Origin: Sedimentisphaeraceae bacterium JB056
Lineage (GTDB): Bacteria > Planctomycetota > Phycisphaerae > Sedimentisphaerales > Sedimentisphaeraceae
DNA: 64,000 bases
Reading direction: 5' to 3'
Assembly (NCBI GenBank): GCA_044440125.1
Contig: JBITAJ010000012.1
Coordinates: forward strand, 224,001-288,000
Shown here: positions 36,590-47,282 of the stretch, piece by piece
Layout: each line of letters begins with the position of its first letter
Position numbering within the stretch: the stretch's first letter is position 1
The notes under the pieces: model-generated
Databases searched by the model: none
Told to the model about the DNA's origin: nothing
The model's input: only the letters and a program-made list of their open reading frames with translations
Position numbers and translations under genes: made by a program

Positions 36590-39028
36590 ATGTCAAAGAA
36601 AAACCTTCTTGTGTTTGTTTCTTTTATCTCATGTTTTTTTTCATTGTCATTATGCGCTGCGGCGTGGGATACAATCGGACTTGAGTTTGAAGTCGTGGAT
36701 GGTCAGGCTTTAAGAGATAATCGTGAAGTTGATATCCGCGGCAACGCTGCAATATTGTTGAAAGAGCCAGGTATTTCAGGCAGTATGGAGTGGGAGACGC
36801 GGATCTTGCTCAATAGCTATCCACAGTCTGAGCAGAACAATGCTCTATTTCGATTACGACTTCAAAAACCGATTCAAACTGATAAAATACGGCTTGTTTC
36901 GAACGAACATTTTATTCGCGTGGTAGAGCTGGGTATTTATGAGCCGGGTATGCCGGAGTATCCAAATCCTCTTTCTGCTTCTGCAGAAGGTTTGAATGTG
37001 CCGAATTATGCCGTGGATGCTGAATTAACGACATCGTCATTTTTTGCCGGGTTTACCGCTGATAAGGTCGTTGACGGCAAGATCGATTATCTTTCTCGCT
37101 GGGTAAGCGGTGAAGAACCTCCTCATTACCTGACAGTCGATATGAAAGCAAAAAAGAATATCGGCTATATACAGATGCTGACAGGACACCCTTCCGGGAA
37201 TCAATGGACACATATCGCAAAAGAATTTACATTTCAGTATTGGAGCCAAGGGCAATGGAAGGATCTCAAGGGCGTTCGGCAGCAGGATGAACCGGGCACG
37301 ATGGGGCTAATTGTCGGCTATGATTCAAACGGATTTTATAATCTCGTTCATAGCAGCGGTATGCCTAACTGGCGTCTGCAATATCATGCAAAAGAGGGCG
37401 GTGTGAAGATTTTGTCTTCAACTTCCAAAAATATTGACCTTATGGAAGGACGCGAGTATGTTTTACGTGCTTCGGTTACAGGTTCGGTTATAAGCTTGTG
37501 CTGCAATGGTGAGCTGATGCTTAAGTCGGAGATTGCAAGGCCGGCAGCAGGTAAGTTCGGTTTTTGGAGTGGGTCGGCAGGTAACCGGATCACTGTCAAG
37601 AGTATTCGGGCAAGAGAAATTAATGCAGGCAGCTATCAGTACGCATCTGATATCAGGGTTTCGATTGATAAAGCGGAAAGTCTGCTGGGTTTTATGCCCC
37701 GCGGTTACAAACATGAAATCCAGTTACCTTCGGTTGAGACAGATGAGGTGTTTATCAAAGTGGAAAGGGCCGTTTCCGGTCAGCAAATTTTCATAAATGG
37801 TAAGAAAACAGATCGTGTTTTGCTCAAAGATTCTCACGATAGTGTTGATGATGTTGTCGTGTTGGTTATATCGGCTGACGGCAGTAATCAGCACAGATAT
37901 TGTATTGAGGTAGTACCTGTGCCGCCGGTTGAAGGTTATGAACTTGCTTATTCAGACGAGTTCAATGGTGAATCACTCGATACCGACTTGTGGTACTGCA
38001 GAGTGGGCAAAAGATGGAAAAGTTTGCAGAGCAGGGATAATGTAGATGTAGCCGATGGTAATCTTGAAATATCTCTTACTTATGATAAGGAGACAGGAAA
38101 TCATATAACTGGGGGTGTTATTACGAAAAAGATGTTTGGCTACGGTTATTATGAGACGCGTGCCAAGCTTTGGAAACATCGAGGCTGGCATTCGGCATTT
38201 TGGCAGATGGGTTATTGCCCCGGAGTCGGATTTCCCGATGATTACGAGGGGCCTGCAAATAATCAGATTAATGAAATAGACGGTTTTGAATCAACAGAGG
38301 GTGGGGGATTTTCTACAAATCTTCAATACCACAATCCGCGTATGCTTTTCGGCTCGGTAGGTGCCCGTGGTGATGTCTGTGAAGATTTCCATGTTTTCGG
38401 CTGGGAATGGACGCCAGAATATGTTCGTTATTTCTATGACGGAGAACTTGTACGGCAGATCAGGTATTTGCCGCCGCACGGGTTGCAGAATGTATGGCTG
38501 AGTTGTGTGGCACATGACGATGCGGAATTGAAAGATATTCCAGGCAAAATATATTTTGATTATTTCCGTTACTACAGCAGAGATTACGGTTTGACGCAGC
38601 TATCAGATGATGCTGTTGTAATGGACAGCAGTGATGATAATTATTTTGAAGAGGGTAAGTGGCGAGATGGAGTTTATGCTATTTCGCATAAGTATGACAA
38701 GGTGACAAGGCTCAGTACCGAAGTGGGAAGCAAAGCCGGCTGGAAATTTTTGTCTTCTGTGAGCGGATGCTATGAGGTTTTTACGTGGAATCCATACATA
38801 TTTACTGATGGTATAGTCAACGAAACATCATATGAGATAATTTCAGTCGGCAAGAAATCGCAGGTTACTATAAATCCGATGGAGTCAGGACAATGCTGGG
38901 TGAGTCTTGGTAAATACGATTTTGAAAAAGACGCCATGACGGTTGTTCGGTTGAATGTTAATGAAATCGGACCAAACAGGCTTTGTGCCGTGATGCTTAA
39001 ACCCTGCAATATAGATAAAGACAATTAA
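36590..39028 (+). CDS. Secreted modular GH16 glycoside hydrolase (discoidin-like N-terminal region, GH16, C-terminal beta-sandwich)
   Basis: Signal peptide; SDEFNGESLD, GYGYYETRAK, EIDGFE catalytic motif, FHVFGWEWTPE. Confidence 0.85.
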   Translation: MSKKNLLVFVSFISCFFSLSLCAAAWDTIGLEFEVVDGQALRDNREVDIRGNAAILLKEPGISGSMEWETRILLNSYPQSEQNNALFRLRLQKPIQTDKIRLVSNEHFIRVVELGIYEPGMPEYPNPLSASAEGLNVPNYAVDAELTTSSFFAGFTADKVVDGKIDYLSRWVSGEEPPHYLTVDMKAKKNIGYIQMLTGHPSGNQWTHIAKEFTFQYWSQGQWKDLKGVRQQDEPGTMGLIVGYDSNGFYNLVHSSGMPNWRLQYHAKEGGVKILSSTSKNIDLMEGREYVLRASVTGSVISLCCNGELMLKSEIARPAAGKFGFWSGSAGNRITVKSIRAREINAGSYQYASDIRVSIDKAESLLGFMPRGYKHEIQLPSVETDEVFIKVERAVSGQQIFINGKKTDRVLLKDSHDSVDDVVVLVISADGSNQHRYCIEVVPVPPVEGYELAYSDEFNGESLDTDLWYCRVGKRWKSLQSRDNVDVADGNLEISLTYDKETGNHITGGVITKKMFGYGYYETRAKLWKHRGWHSAFWQMGYCPGVGFPDDYEGPANNQINEIDGFESTEGGGFSTNLQYHNPRMLFGSVGARGDVCEDFHVFGWEWTPEYVRYFYDGELVRQIRYLPPHGLQNVWLSCVAHDDAELKDIPGKIYFDYFRYYSRDYGLTQLSDDAVVMDSSDDNYFEEGKWRDGVYAISHKYDKVTRLSTEVGSKAGWKFLSSVSGCYEVFTWNPYIFTDGIVNETSYEIISVGKKSQVTINPMESGQCWVSLGKYDFEKDAMTVVRLNVNEIGPNRLCAVMLKPCNIDKDN

Positions 39029-39046
39029 AACGGAAATGATACCACA

Positions 39047-39970
39047 ATGAGAAAAATTATTCTTGATACTGATATTGGTGATGATATTGACGACTGCTTT
39101 GCCCTTGGACTTATTCTTTGTTTGCCAGAGCTTGAACTTTGCGGGGTAACGACTGTTTTTGAGAATGTAGAGGCACGCTGTCGTCTTGCAGGTACTTTGC
39201 TTGCGGTAGCGGGACGCTGCGATATTCCTGTTGCTGCCGGTTGCGGGGCTATGCTTTCTTCATGTTTTAATTATGATATTAACCCACGCAAGGCATATCT
39301 TGAAGGCAGTTTGCCCAACCAGATTACAAGTGCTTTAGATGAGAGCCAGTTGCCGGCGATTGATAAACGACACGGCGTGGATTTTATAATTGATACAATA
39401 AAGGCCGGAGATAGTGATATAGAGATTGTTGCTATCGGTGCGTTGACCAACATAGCGATGGCGATAACCAAATGCCCCGAAATAATCGCTAAAATTCCAC
39501 GAATCATCTGCATGGGCGGTGTTTTTGAGGATGATACCCGCAGGGGGATTATTGACTGGAACACTCTTTGTGATCCCATTGCTTCGGATATTGTTGTCAA
39601 CAGCGGCATAAAAACTGATTTTATCAGTCTTGATGTTACTACGAAGGTGCCTTTGCTTAAGGATGATATGGATAGAATCAGGGCTTCACAAAAGCCGCTT
39701 GCCAAAAAGATGGCAGAGGCTCTTGAGCTTTGGATTGAAAAGGTTAATGCACGCGGCGGAACTCCTTTAATGCACGATCCGTTAACGGTTGCTGTACTTG
39801 TGAAGCCAGAACTTGTGAAATGGCATACAGGAACCGTCTCAATAGATACCCAAAGCAGCAGCCAAAGCGGGTATACATTTTTTGAAAAATCGGCAAATGG
39901 CTGTCATAGATACAGTTATGAAGTTGATTCGCGAGGAATGGTTGAGTTCTGGCTTGACAGAGTGCTTTAG
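39047..39970 (+). CDS. Nucleoside hydrolase (IU-NH family)
   Basis: ILDTDIGDDIDD, IGALTNIA, MGG, WNTLCDP, LDVT, HDPL. Confidence 0.9.
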   Translation: MRKIILDTDIGDDIDDCFALGLILCLPELELCGVTTVFENVEARCRLAGTLLAVAGRCDIPVAAGCGAMLSSCFNYDINPRKAYLEGSLPNQITSALDESQLPAIDKRHGVDFIIDTIKAGDSDIEIVAIGALTNIAMAITKCPEIIAKIPRIICMGGVFEDDTRRGIIDWNTLCDPIASDIVVNSGIKTDFISLDVTTKVPLLKDDMDRIRASQKPLAKKMAEALELWIEKVNARGGTPLMHDPLTVAVLVKPELVKWHTGTVSIDTQSSSQSGYTFFEKSANGCHRYSYEVDSRGMVEFWLDRVL

Positions 39971-39980
39971 TACGACAGGT

Positions 39981-40051
39981 AATCTTGTTCGCAAAATGGC
40001 TAAAAAAAGACGCTTAATGGCGTGGTTTACGATGCCTTTATATGCGATAAT
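39981..40051 (+). promoter_or_regulatory. Shared 21-bp-period direct-repeat operator plus promoter, copy 2
   Basis: aatcttgttCGcaaaaTGGCtaaaaaaagaCGcttaaTGGCg, then TGGTTT-17 bp-GATAAT with an extended -10 TG. Confidence 0.65.
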
Positions 40052-40163
40052 CATCATTTAGTAGATTGCGATAGTGTTTATACACACGGTTTTGTCCGTG
40101 ATAATTTCTTAGATGTGATACGAGTATTTGTATTTATGTGTTATTTTTTATAGGAGACCGAAC

Positions 40164-43100
40164 ATGGTAAAAATCAAATCTACGATCATATTTGTGTCAT
40201 TACTGGCACTTATGTTCACAACTTCTATCTTTGCCGATGTACGATGGTACGATGGCAATGCAGACGATCATCTCTGGAGCAATCCTTACAACTGGGGTTC
40301 ACTTGGACACGTACCGACAACAAGTGACGGTATTGTGTTTGTAAAGCCCGGTCTTTCTGCTACTTACGGTAAGCCAGCTCCGGGAGCAGACCCTACTATT
40401 AATTCAAGCGAGCCGAACGTTACAAGCATATATGTTGGCGAGCAGGCTCCTGGGCTTGCTGAGCTGACAATCACTGACGGCGGTTATATGGAAGTTATGA
40501 CCAGATTCCGTTTGGGAAGTTACATTACAACTCTTCAGACTCCTATCACGCATGGGCGTTTGAACATGGAAGGTGGCGTTCTGGATGTATTAGGCACAGA
40601 TGGTATACAACTGGGCTATAGAAACTCTATTGGTGAAATCTATATGACCGGCGGAGTTATCAATACATCGAAGCTTTGGATGAAGGGCAGGCTGACAAGT
40701 AATACGACGGCCAAAATCGAGCTTCTTGGCGGCACAATCAATGCAGGTGTTGATCAATGGGATACAACTGCTGTTGATGACAGGCCCTACAACCTTATCA
40801 ACATAACAGAGGGTACTCTCCGTACCGGCAGGGCTTTAAGCTCATGGTATGAGGCAACAGGCCTTATAACTGCTTATGATGGTTTGAGTACTTGTAATTT
40901 CGACCAGACAACAGAGCCTGGTTACACAATTGTAACGGCTAATCCATATTATAAGGCTTATACCCCATCGCCATTTGACGGTGCAGCTCTTTCATCTTCT
41001 GAAGCTCCTGCAGGAGTTACTATTCTTGAGTGGAAGGCCGGAACAGGTGCTATTTCTCATGATGTGTATTTTGGTACAGATGAGAGTCTTGTAACAAGCG
41101 GTGATATGAGCGTTTATCAGGGCAATGTTGACGTTTTAAGTTTTGACCCTAACGGTTTGGGTTACGGCCAGACATATTACTGGCGAATTGATGAATTTGA
41201 CGGCAGCACAACAACGACTGGCGATGTGTGGAGCTTCAGTGTTTCTGCTGATCTTCCACCTCAAGCGGCAAGCGTTCCAGTGCCTGCTGATGCAGAGACA
41301 GGTGTAAGTCGTCTTGCACAGATGAGTTGGACTATCGGTGTTGGAGCTATTTCTCATGATATTTACTTCGGCACCGATGAGTCCCTTGTAGCCTTAGGCG
41401 ATGCAAGTGTCTATCAGGGCAATTTCCCGACTGCTGAATTTGATCCGGGGCTGCTTGATGCCGGAACAACATATTACTGGAGAGTTGACGAGCTTGACGG
41501 AAGCAGTATATGGGAAGGCGCTGTTTGGGAATTCCAGACCCTTACACCTGCGGGTGATGTAGTATGGGTAAATAATGCCGTAGATGATGAGAACTGGAAT
41601 ACTGGTGAGAACTGGAATACTCTTTCTGTTCCTACACTGGATAAGAGTTCGGTTTATATCGATCCAGAGGCATCAGGTATGCCGGTTGTAGACTCAGCTG
41701 TTCCTGGTGTCAACAGCCTATTCTTGGGTCGTGCAAACAAAGGCGGCGAATCTATCGTTACTATCGAAGAAGGCGGCGAACTTACAGCCAGCGCCCTTGT
41801 AAGGGTTGGCTATTACAGGCCGGGTTCTTATGAGAGAGGTACTATCGTTGTTAACGGCGGTTCATTTACCTCTACAACAGAAATGCAGGTTGGAAGTTAT
41901 GGTACTTCAACTTATAATAATGATGGTACACTTACAATCAACGGTGGTGAGCTAAATGCTCAGTGGATCAGGCTCTCAGCAGGTACTTACAGTACAGGTT
42001 ACATAAACCTCAACGGCGGTACTCTTAATATAGGAACCGGCGGCATTGAATTTAACAATGAGCCTGAAGCGGACAGAATGAGAGTTAGCAAGATGGATAT
42101 CGGTGCAGGTACTCTTGTAATGGCCGGCGATATGGTTGATAGTGTTAATTATCATATAAATCTCGGAAATATAACCGCTTACGGTTCTGCTGACGGCGGA
42201 CTTCTCGGTGAAGCCAACTTTATTGAAGGCGGACATCCTGAAGCAAGTTTCAATGTTAGCTATGATGCAGTAAATGATGAGACTATCGTAACTGCTTCTA
42301 TACCTGATCCGAAACAGGCTAAGAGCCCTTATCCAGGCAATTCTGCTACAGACGCTGATGTGTGTGCAATACTCAGTTGGACAGCCGGCGAAGGCGCAGT
42401 ATCTCACCAGATTTACTTTGGTACAGACGAAGCTCTTGTAACAGCGGGTGATGCAAGTGTTGATATGGGTTCACAGGCCGCTGCCACTTTTGATCCGGGT
42501 CTGCTTGTTCCTGAAACACAATATTTCTGGAGAGTTGATGAGTTTGACGGCTCTACAACAACAGTTGGTGAAGTTTGGAACTTTACTGCCGGATATACGA
42601 GCATGATCGATGATTTCCAGAGTTATGCTGACGGTACAGAACTTTCTGCTGTCTGGACTGCTGCCAGCGGTTCTATAACAGCTCTTGAGACTGATATAAC
42701 CAACTTCAACAGTTCTCAGGCGATGAAAGTTAATTTTGCCGGTTCTGCTCCTTCGGTTACCATGACATTTGCTTCTGCTCAGGACTGGACAAAGTCCAAC
42801 ATAGCGTTCCTTGCTATTCCGTTCCATGGAGCAGCGGCTAATTCCGCTACCGAGATGAATGTTACATTAGAAGACGCTACCGGAATGACCTCGCAGGTAA
42901 CATACGGTCTTGATCTTCTTGATGAAGACGCAAGTGATGTCATAATGGAAGATTTCAGAAACTACTGGACATGGCATATTGATCTTGCACGTTTTGGTGT
43001 AGACCTTACAGAGGTTAAGAAGCTTACCGTCACTATGGGTGATGGTGTGACAAGTACTGTTGGAACAGTATACTTTGATGATATCTATCTCTCAGTTCCT

Positions 43101-44024
43101 GAGTGCATAGCAAGATTTATGCCGGGTGAAGTAAACGGCGACTGCAATGTTGATGCTCTCGATCTTAAGATAATTGCTGAGAACTGGCTTGCAGCTGATA
43201 GCGTTGTAACAGCTTCAACAGCACCGGCTCCGCTGGCAATGTGGAAGTTTGAAGGCGATGCTACAGAAGAAAACGGCCTTTACGGCGGTAGTGCTAATGG
43301 TACTGTTGCATGGGATGCGACAGGCGGTTATGATGGAAACGGCTGTTTGAGCCTCAACGGAGCAGGTTACATAGGTATCTCCGGAGCTGAGACACTGTTC
43401 TCCAACATCACAGATCAGATGACCATATCAGTATGGGTTAAGGGTGATGCAGACGCACAGCCTGTTGATAATGTTGTCTTTGCCGGTGGTGTATCAGATT
43501 TCAGTGGTCACAACCCGTTCTCTTATATGCCAAACAGAAACGGTGGGGTTACATTTGACTCAGGTCATATCAGTGAGCAGGAACCTGACTGGGATTCATG
43601 GTTCTACGGTTGGGATAATATCACCTGGAACAGAAATGATGTTTCTGACTGGGAAGGCGCATGGGTTAACTATACCTACGTTAAGAATTCTACCGAAGGT
43701 TTCATGAGACTTTATCGTAACGGTGAGCTCGTAGCAGAGAATCTTGATGCTTACGCTCCAATGGGCGGAACTGCGGTATTTACTATAGGTGCTCTCGAAA
43801 GAGGTACTTATCAGTCGCTCAGATATACCGGTAAGATTGATGATATGAGTATCTACAACACAGTTCTTACTGCTGAGCAGATTGCTGCTCTTGCGAATCA
43901 GGCAACTGTATCGCAGCCTCTTGTAACTGCTGCCGATGGCAACAAGGACGGCAAGGTAGATTTTGCCGACTTCGCCGCGATGGCTGATTACTGGCTCGAT
44001 CAGGAAGTTACATGGCCTTACTGA
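40164..44024 (+). CDS. Large secreted non-catalytic surface protein (two beta-helix-like regions, three FN3-like repeats, CBM-like domain, LamG domain, split dockerin-like motif)
   Basis: AGGAG RBS, signal peptide; three SHxxYFGTDE...YxWRxDExDG...VWxF repeats; LamG TISVWVK...RLYRNG...GKIDDMSIYNTVLTAEQI; two EF-hand-like motifs. Confidence 0.8.
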   Translation: MVKIKSTIIFVSLLALMFTTSIFADVRWYDGNADDHLWSNPYNWGSLGHVPTTSDGIVFVKPGLSATYGKPAPGADPTINSSEPNVTSIYVGEQAPGLAELTITDGGYMEVMTRFRLGSYITTLQTPITHGRLNMEGGVLDVLGTDGIQLGYRNSIGEIYMTGGVINTSKLWMKGRLTSNTTAKIELLGGTINAGVDQWDTTAVDDRPYNLINITEGTLRTGRALSSWYEATGLITAYDGLSTCNFDQTTEPGYTIVTANPYYKAYTPSPFDGAALSSSEAPAGVTILEWKAGTGAISHDVYFGTDESLVTSGDMSVYQGNVDVLSFDPNGLGYGQTYYWRIDEFDGSTTTTGDVWSFSVSADLPPQAASVPVPADAETGVSRLAQMSWTIGVGAISHDIYFGTDESLVALGDASVYQGNFPTAEFDPGLLDAGTTYYWRVDELDGSSIWEGAVWEFQTLTPAGDVVWVNNAVDDENWNTGENWNTLSVPTLDKSSVYIDPEASGMPVVDSAVPGVNSLFLGRANKGGESIVTIEEGGELTASALVRVGYYRPGSYERGTIVVNGGSFTSTTEMQVGSYGTSTYNNDGTLTINGGELNAQWIRLSAGTYSTGYINLNGGTLNIGTGGIEFNNEPEADRMRVSKMDIGAGTLVMAGDMVDSVNYHINLGNITAYGSADGGLLGEANFIEGGHPEASFNVSYDAVNDETIVTASIPDPKQAKSPYPGNSATDADVCAILSWTAGEGAVSHQIYFGTDEALVTAGDASVDMGSQAAATFDPGLLVPETQYFWRVDEFDGSTTTVGEVWNFTAGYTSMIDDFQSYADGTELSAVWTAASGSITALETDITNFNSSQAMKVNFAGSAPSVTMTFASAQDWTKSNIAFLAIPFHGAAANSATEMNVTLEDATGMTSQVTYGLDLLDEDASDVIMEDFRNYWTWHIDLARFGVDLTEVKKLTVTMGDGVTSTVGTVYFDDIYLSVPECIARFMPGEVNGDCNVDALDLKIIAENWLAADSVVTASTAPAPLAMWKFEGDATEENGLYGGSANGTVAWDATGGYDGNGCLSLNGAGYIGISGAETLFSNITDQMTISVWVKGDADAQPVDNVVFAGGVSDFSGHNPFSYMPNRNGGVTFDSGHISEQEPDWDSWFYGWDNITWNRNDVSDWEGAWVNYTYVKNSTEGFMRLYRNGELVAENLDAYAPMGGTAVFTIGALERGTYQSLRYTGKIDDMSIYNTVLTAEQIAALANQATVSQPLVTAADGNKDGKVDFADFAAMADYWLDQEVTWPY

Positions 44025-44049
44025 GATAAAATAAAATTTTGATAAATTG

Positions 44050-44081
44050 GAAAAGAACCTCCGCTCGCGGGGGTTCTTTTC
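44050..44081 (+). terminator. Rho-independent terminator
   Basis: gaaaagaacctccg / cgggggttcttttc hairpin (one G-U pair). Confidence 0.82.
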
Positions 44082-44136
44082 GTTTATAATATTGCTGTAT
44101 AGAATAAGTTAGTGTTTTTAGGTTTGAAGGTTGATT

Positions 44137-45927
44137 ATGAATCGTCGTGAAATGATAAAAGCAACCGGTTTTTCGGTTGCTGCCGCGGTTTTAGGCGGAT
44201 GCAGTGAGGAGTTGCTGTCTTTTAATAAAAAGAAGAAACCGAATGTTGTAATTGTGATTACGGATGATCAGGGCTACGGTGATATGGGTTGCCATGGCAA
44301 TACTAAGATTAAGACGCCTAATATTGACAGCCTATACAGCGAGAGCCTGCGTTTGAAGGATTATCATGTCGGACCGACATGCGCGCCTACAAGATCGAGC
44401 CTGATGACGGGTAAGTATTGCAATACTGTTGGTGTATGGCATACTATAGCCGGTAGAAGCATCCTCAAAGAAGGACACCGAACTCTGCCGCAGGTTTTAT
44501 CGGAAAACGGCTATGTTACAGGGCTTTTTGGCAAGTGGCATCTGGGAGATAATTACCCTTCAAGGCCGCAGGATCGGGGATTTGATGAGGTGCTTTGCCA
44601 TGGCGGCGGCGGAGTGAGCCAGACACCTGATCACTGGAAAAATGACTATTTCAATGATATTTATCTTCACAACGGCAAGCCTGAAAGATACGAGGGCTAT
44701 TGTACTGAAGTGTGGTTTGATGGAGCCAAAAAGTTCATTGAGAAGAATCATGACAGGCCGTTTTTTGCTTATATTGCAACAAATGCTCCTCACAGCCCTT
44801 ATCATGTCGATCCGAAATATGCTGAGCCTTACAGGAATGATCCGGATATACCTAATCCTGAATTTTACGGTATGATCACTAATCTTGATGAAAATCTTGG
44901 CCGTTTTCTGAAATTTATGGATAATTCGGGGCTTAGAGAGGATACACTCTTTATATTTATGACTGATAACGGTACCGCCGCGGGCTACCTTAAGGGTAAA
45001 GGATATAATGCGGGAATGCGAGGCAGAAAGGGCAGTGTTTATGACGGCGGACATCGAGTGCCATGTTTTATGAGATATCCGGCTGAAAATATCGGCGGTG
45101 GGACTGACTTTACTGATATAACTTCGCATATCGATATAATGCCTACAATACTGGATTTTTGCGGTCTTGATGTTGAGGGTGAGTCTGTTGACGGTATTAG
45201 TCTGCTGCCTTACATTAAGAGTGGTAAGTCTTTGCCTGAAAGGGTCTTAGTAACAGATTCTCAGCGAATAGATATGCCTGAGAAATGGCGGGCGAGTGCT
45301 ACTATGACTAACCGCTGGCGGCTGGTAAATGGTGAAGAACTTTATGATATAACTGCCGATCCACGTCAGATGAATGATGTTGCGGCTGAAAATCCTGCTG
45401 TAGTTGAGTGGCTCCGAGGTGAATATGAGAAGTGGTGGGAGCACGTAAATGGTGATTTTGCAAATTATGCCGAAATCGTGATTAATTCAGAATATGAGCC
45501 TGTTACGCTTTTGACTTGTCATGACTGGCACCCTGAGCCGTGCCCGTGGAATCAGAGGCAGATAAGGCAGGGAAGGGCAGCTAACGGCAAGTGGTCTGTC
45601 CGTTTTGCTGCTGCCGGTGAGTATGAATTTGAGCTTCGCAGATGGCCAAGAGAGGCTGATGCTGCCATAGATGGCGTGGTTGAGCAGGGTAGTGTAGAGC
45701 CGGGAGTTGAGCAATGGCCCGAGGCCAAAGCGTTTGAGATTACGGGTGCTGAGCTTTGTGTTGGACAAAAGAAACTGGTTTCTGAAGTTGAATCGGGTCA
45801 AAAATGTGTGAAATTCAGGCATAAAGTAAGTGCCGGTTCTAATCTTATTGGCACGGAATTTACCGGTAATAAAATCGAAAAATCATTGGGAGCATATTAC
45901 GTCTACGTGACGAAAATTAGCGAATAA
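44137..45927 (+). CDS. Arylsulfatase (formylglycine-dependent S1), Tat lipoprotein
   Basis: MNRREMIK twin-Arg, LGGC lipobox, PNVVIVITDDQGYGD, CAPTR, GKWHLG, TDNG. Confidence 0.95.
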   Translation: MNRREMIKATGFSVAAAVLGGCSEELLSFNKKKKPNVVIVITDDQGYGDMGCHGNTKIKTPNIDSLYSESLRLKDYHVGPTCAPTRSSLMTGKYCNTVGVWHTIAGRSILKEGHRTLPQVLSENGYVTGLFGKWHLGDNYPSRPQDRGFDEVLCHGGGGVSQTPDHWKNDYFNDIYLHNGKPERYEGYCTEVWFDGAKKFIEKNHDRPFFAYIATNAPHSPYHVDPKYAEPYRNDPDIPNPEFYGMITNLDENLGRFLKFMDNSGLREDTLFIFMTDNGTAAGYLKGKGYNAGMRGRKGSVYDGGHRVPCFMRYPAENIGGGTDFTDITSHIDIMPTILDFCGLDVEGESVDGISLLPYIKSGKSLPERVLVTDSQRIDMPEKWRASATMTNRWRLVNGEELYDITADPRQMNDVAAENPAVVEWLRGEYEKWWEHVNGDFANYAEIVINSEYEPVTLLTCHDWHPEPCPWNQRQIRQGRAANGKWSVRFAAAGEYEFELRRWPREADAAIDGVVEQGSVEPGVEQWPEAKAFEITGAELCVGQKKLVSEVESGQKCVKFRHKVSAGSNLIGTEFTGNKIEKSLGAYYVYVTKISE

Positions 45928-45948
45928 GTAATGTCTACCTTGCCGCTC

Positions 45949-47259
45949 TTAAGGGGATAGCAAACTGCGGTCTCCTAATAGTGGAGTAGCATACAATGGC
46001 CAGAACACGAGCTTTTGTTCTGGTAGTTCGTGGTACTTCCTGTTGGATACTACCCAGCCTTGTGGGCAATTGCTGTAAATATCAAGCATAGAATGTAGGC
46101 TACGCAATTTTCCTGATTTGCCTGCTTTTATTTCGATTGGGTAGATTATGCCGTCTTTGGTGGTTAGGTAATCGATTTCGGCGTTAGAGCTTTTTGAGTT
46201 ACGTGACCAATAATGTAGTTGGTGGTTATGCCATGCTATCATCTCTTGTGCGACGAATTGTTCTGCAAGTTTACCTTTATAAATAGAAAGAAGGTCATTT
46301 CCCGCGATTTCGATGTCTACTCTAACTTCGCATAGTCGCTGTAATAGTCCGATATCTAACATTGAGGTCTTGAACTTTTTTCCGTTTGCTGATGCGCCAA
46401 GAGGCAGTCCTGATGGGTCGCATGCGGGAATTTTGTTTAGCAATCTGGCCTTGAATAATAGGTCAATAGCTTTTCGGTTTGTAGGGCCGGAGAATTCATC
46501 GCATAATCTACTGTATTTAATCTGCTCACCGGTAGATATTGCTACTTGTTGAAATACTGCTTCGAGGCATTCTATGTTGACACTGGGTTTGTATTTAGCG
46601 AAATCTTGTTTGTAAGCGGTGATTATTTCAGATTGAACTTTGAATGCTTCAATTTTCGAATGCGTATCCCTATAAACTTTTACGCACTCCGGCATGCCTC
46701 CAATGAAAAAATACTGCTTTAATTCCTCAAATATCATTTCGTTTGTCAATTCGGATGCGTTTTGTGGAGTCAGTGTTTTCTCTGCCATGGTCTCCTTATC
46801 AATCGCCAGTAGGTATTCGTAGAAGGTCATGGGATTCAGATGCAGGTATTGAACACGTCCGACAGGTATTGAAATTTCTCCAAAAGCAAATTCCAAGAGA
46901 GACCCTGCGGCTACTACGTGGAGTTCCGGTATTTGCTCGTAGAAATAGCGAAGAGCCATAATTGCTCTTGGGCAGGCTTGGATTTCATCAATAAATAGCA
47001 GTGTTTTGCCTGGAATAATTCGTCCGGCTGTGAGTTCTATCGTTTCAAGAATTTTTAGTGGGTCGAGGTCGTTTTGGAATGCTTTGTGCAAGCTTCTTTG
47101 CTGTTCAAGGTCTATTTTGACGAAGTTGTCGAACTTTTTGGCTAAAAACTTCTCTACAAGCCAAGTTTTGCCGACTTGTCTTGCCCCTCTAATGATTAGA
47201 GGTTTTCGCCGTGATGAGTTTTTCCAGTCTAATATATTTTTTTCTGCTAATCGTCTCAT
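45949..47259 (-). CDS. AAA ATPase with DUF4143 and C-terminal PD-(D/E)xK-like motif
   Basis: GARQVGKT Walker A, LLFIDEIQ Walker B, AAGSLL, GGMPE, EIDY...PIEIKAG. Confidence 0.88.
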   Translation of the reverse strand: MRRLAEKNILDWKNSSRRKPLIIRGARQVGKTWLVEKFLAKKFDNFVKIDLEQQRSLHKAFQNDLDPLKILETIELTAGRIIPGKTLLFIDEIQACPRAIMALRYFYEQIPELHVVAAGSLLEFAFGEISIPVGRVQYLHLNPMTFYEYLLAIDKETMAEKTLTPQNASELTNEMIFEELKQYFFIGGMPECVKVYRDTHSKIEAFKVQSEIITAYKQDFAKYKPSVNIECLEAVFQQVAISTGEQIKYSRLCDEFSGPTNRKAIDLLFKARLLNKIPACDPSGLPLGASANGKKFKTSMLDIGLLQRLCEVRVDIEIAGNDLLSIYKGKLAEQFVAQEMIAWHNHQLHYWSRNSKSSNAEIDYLTTKDGIIYPIEIKAGKSGKLRSLHSMLDIYSNCPQGWVVSNRKYHELPEQKLVFWPLYATPLLGDRSLLSP

Positions 47260-47282
47260 TATAGACCTCTTACAAAGCTTGT

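Noticed and set aside
41030..42590. Repeated DNA as a CRISPR array or mobile repeat
   Set aside because: The repeats are in-frame, diverged protein domain repeats with irregular spacing
45949..47259. AAA gene as part of a transposon or IS
   Set aside because: No transposase, terminal inverted repeats or target-site duplication seen
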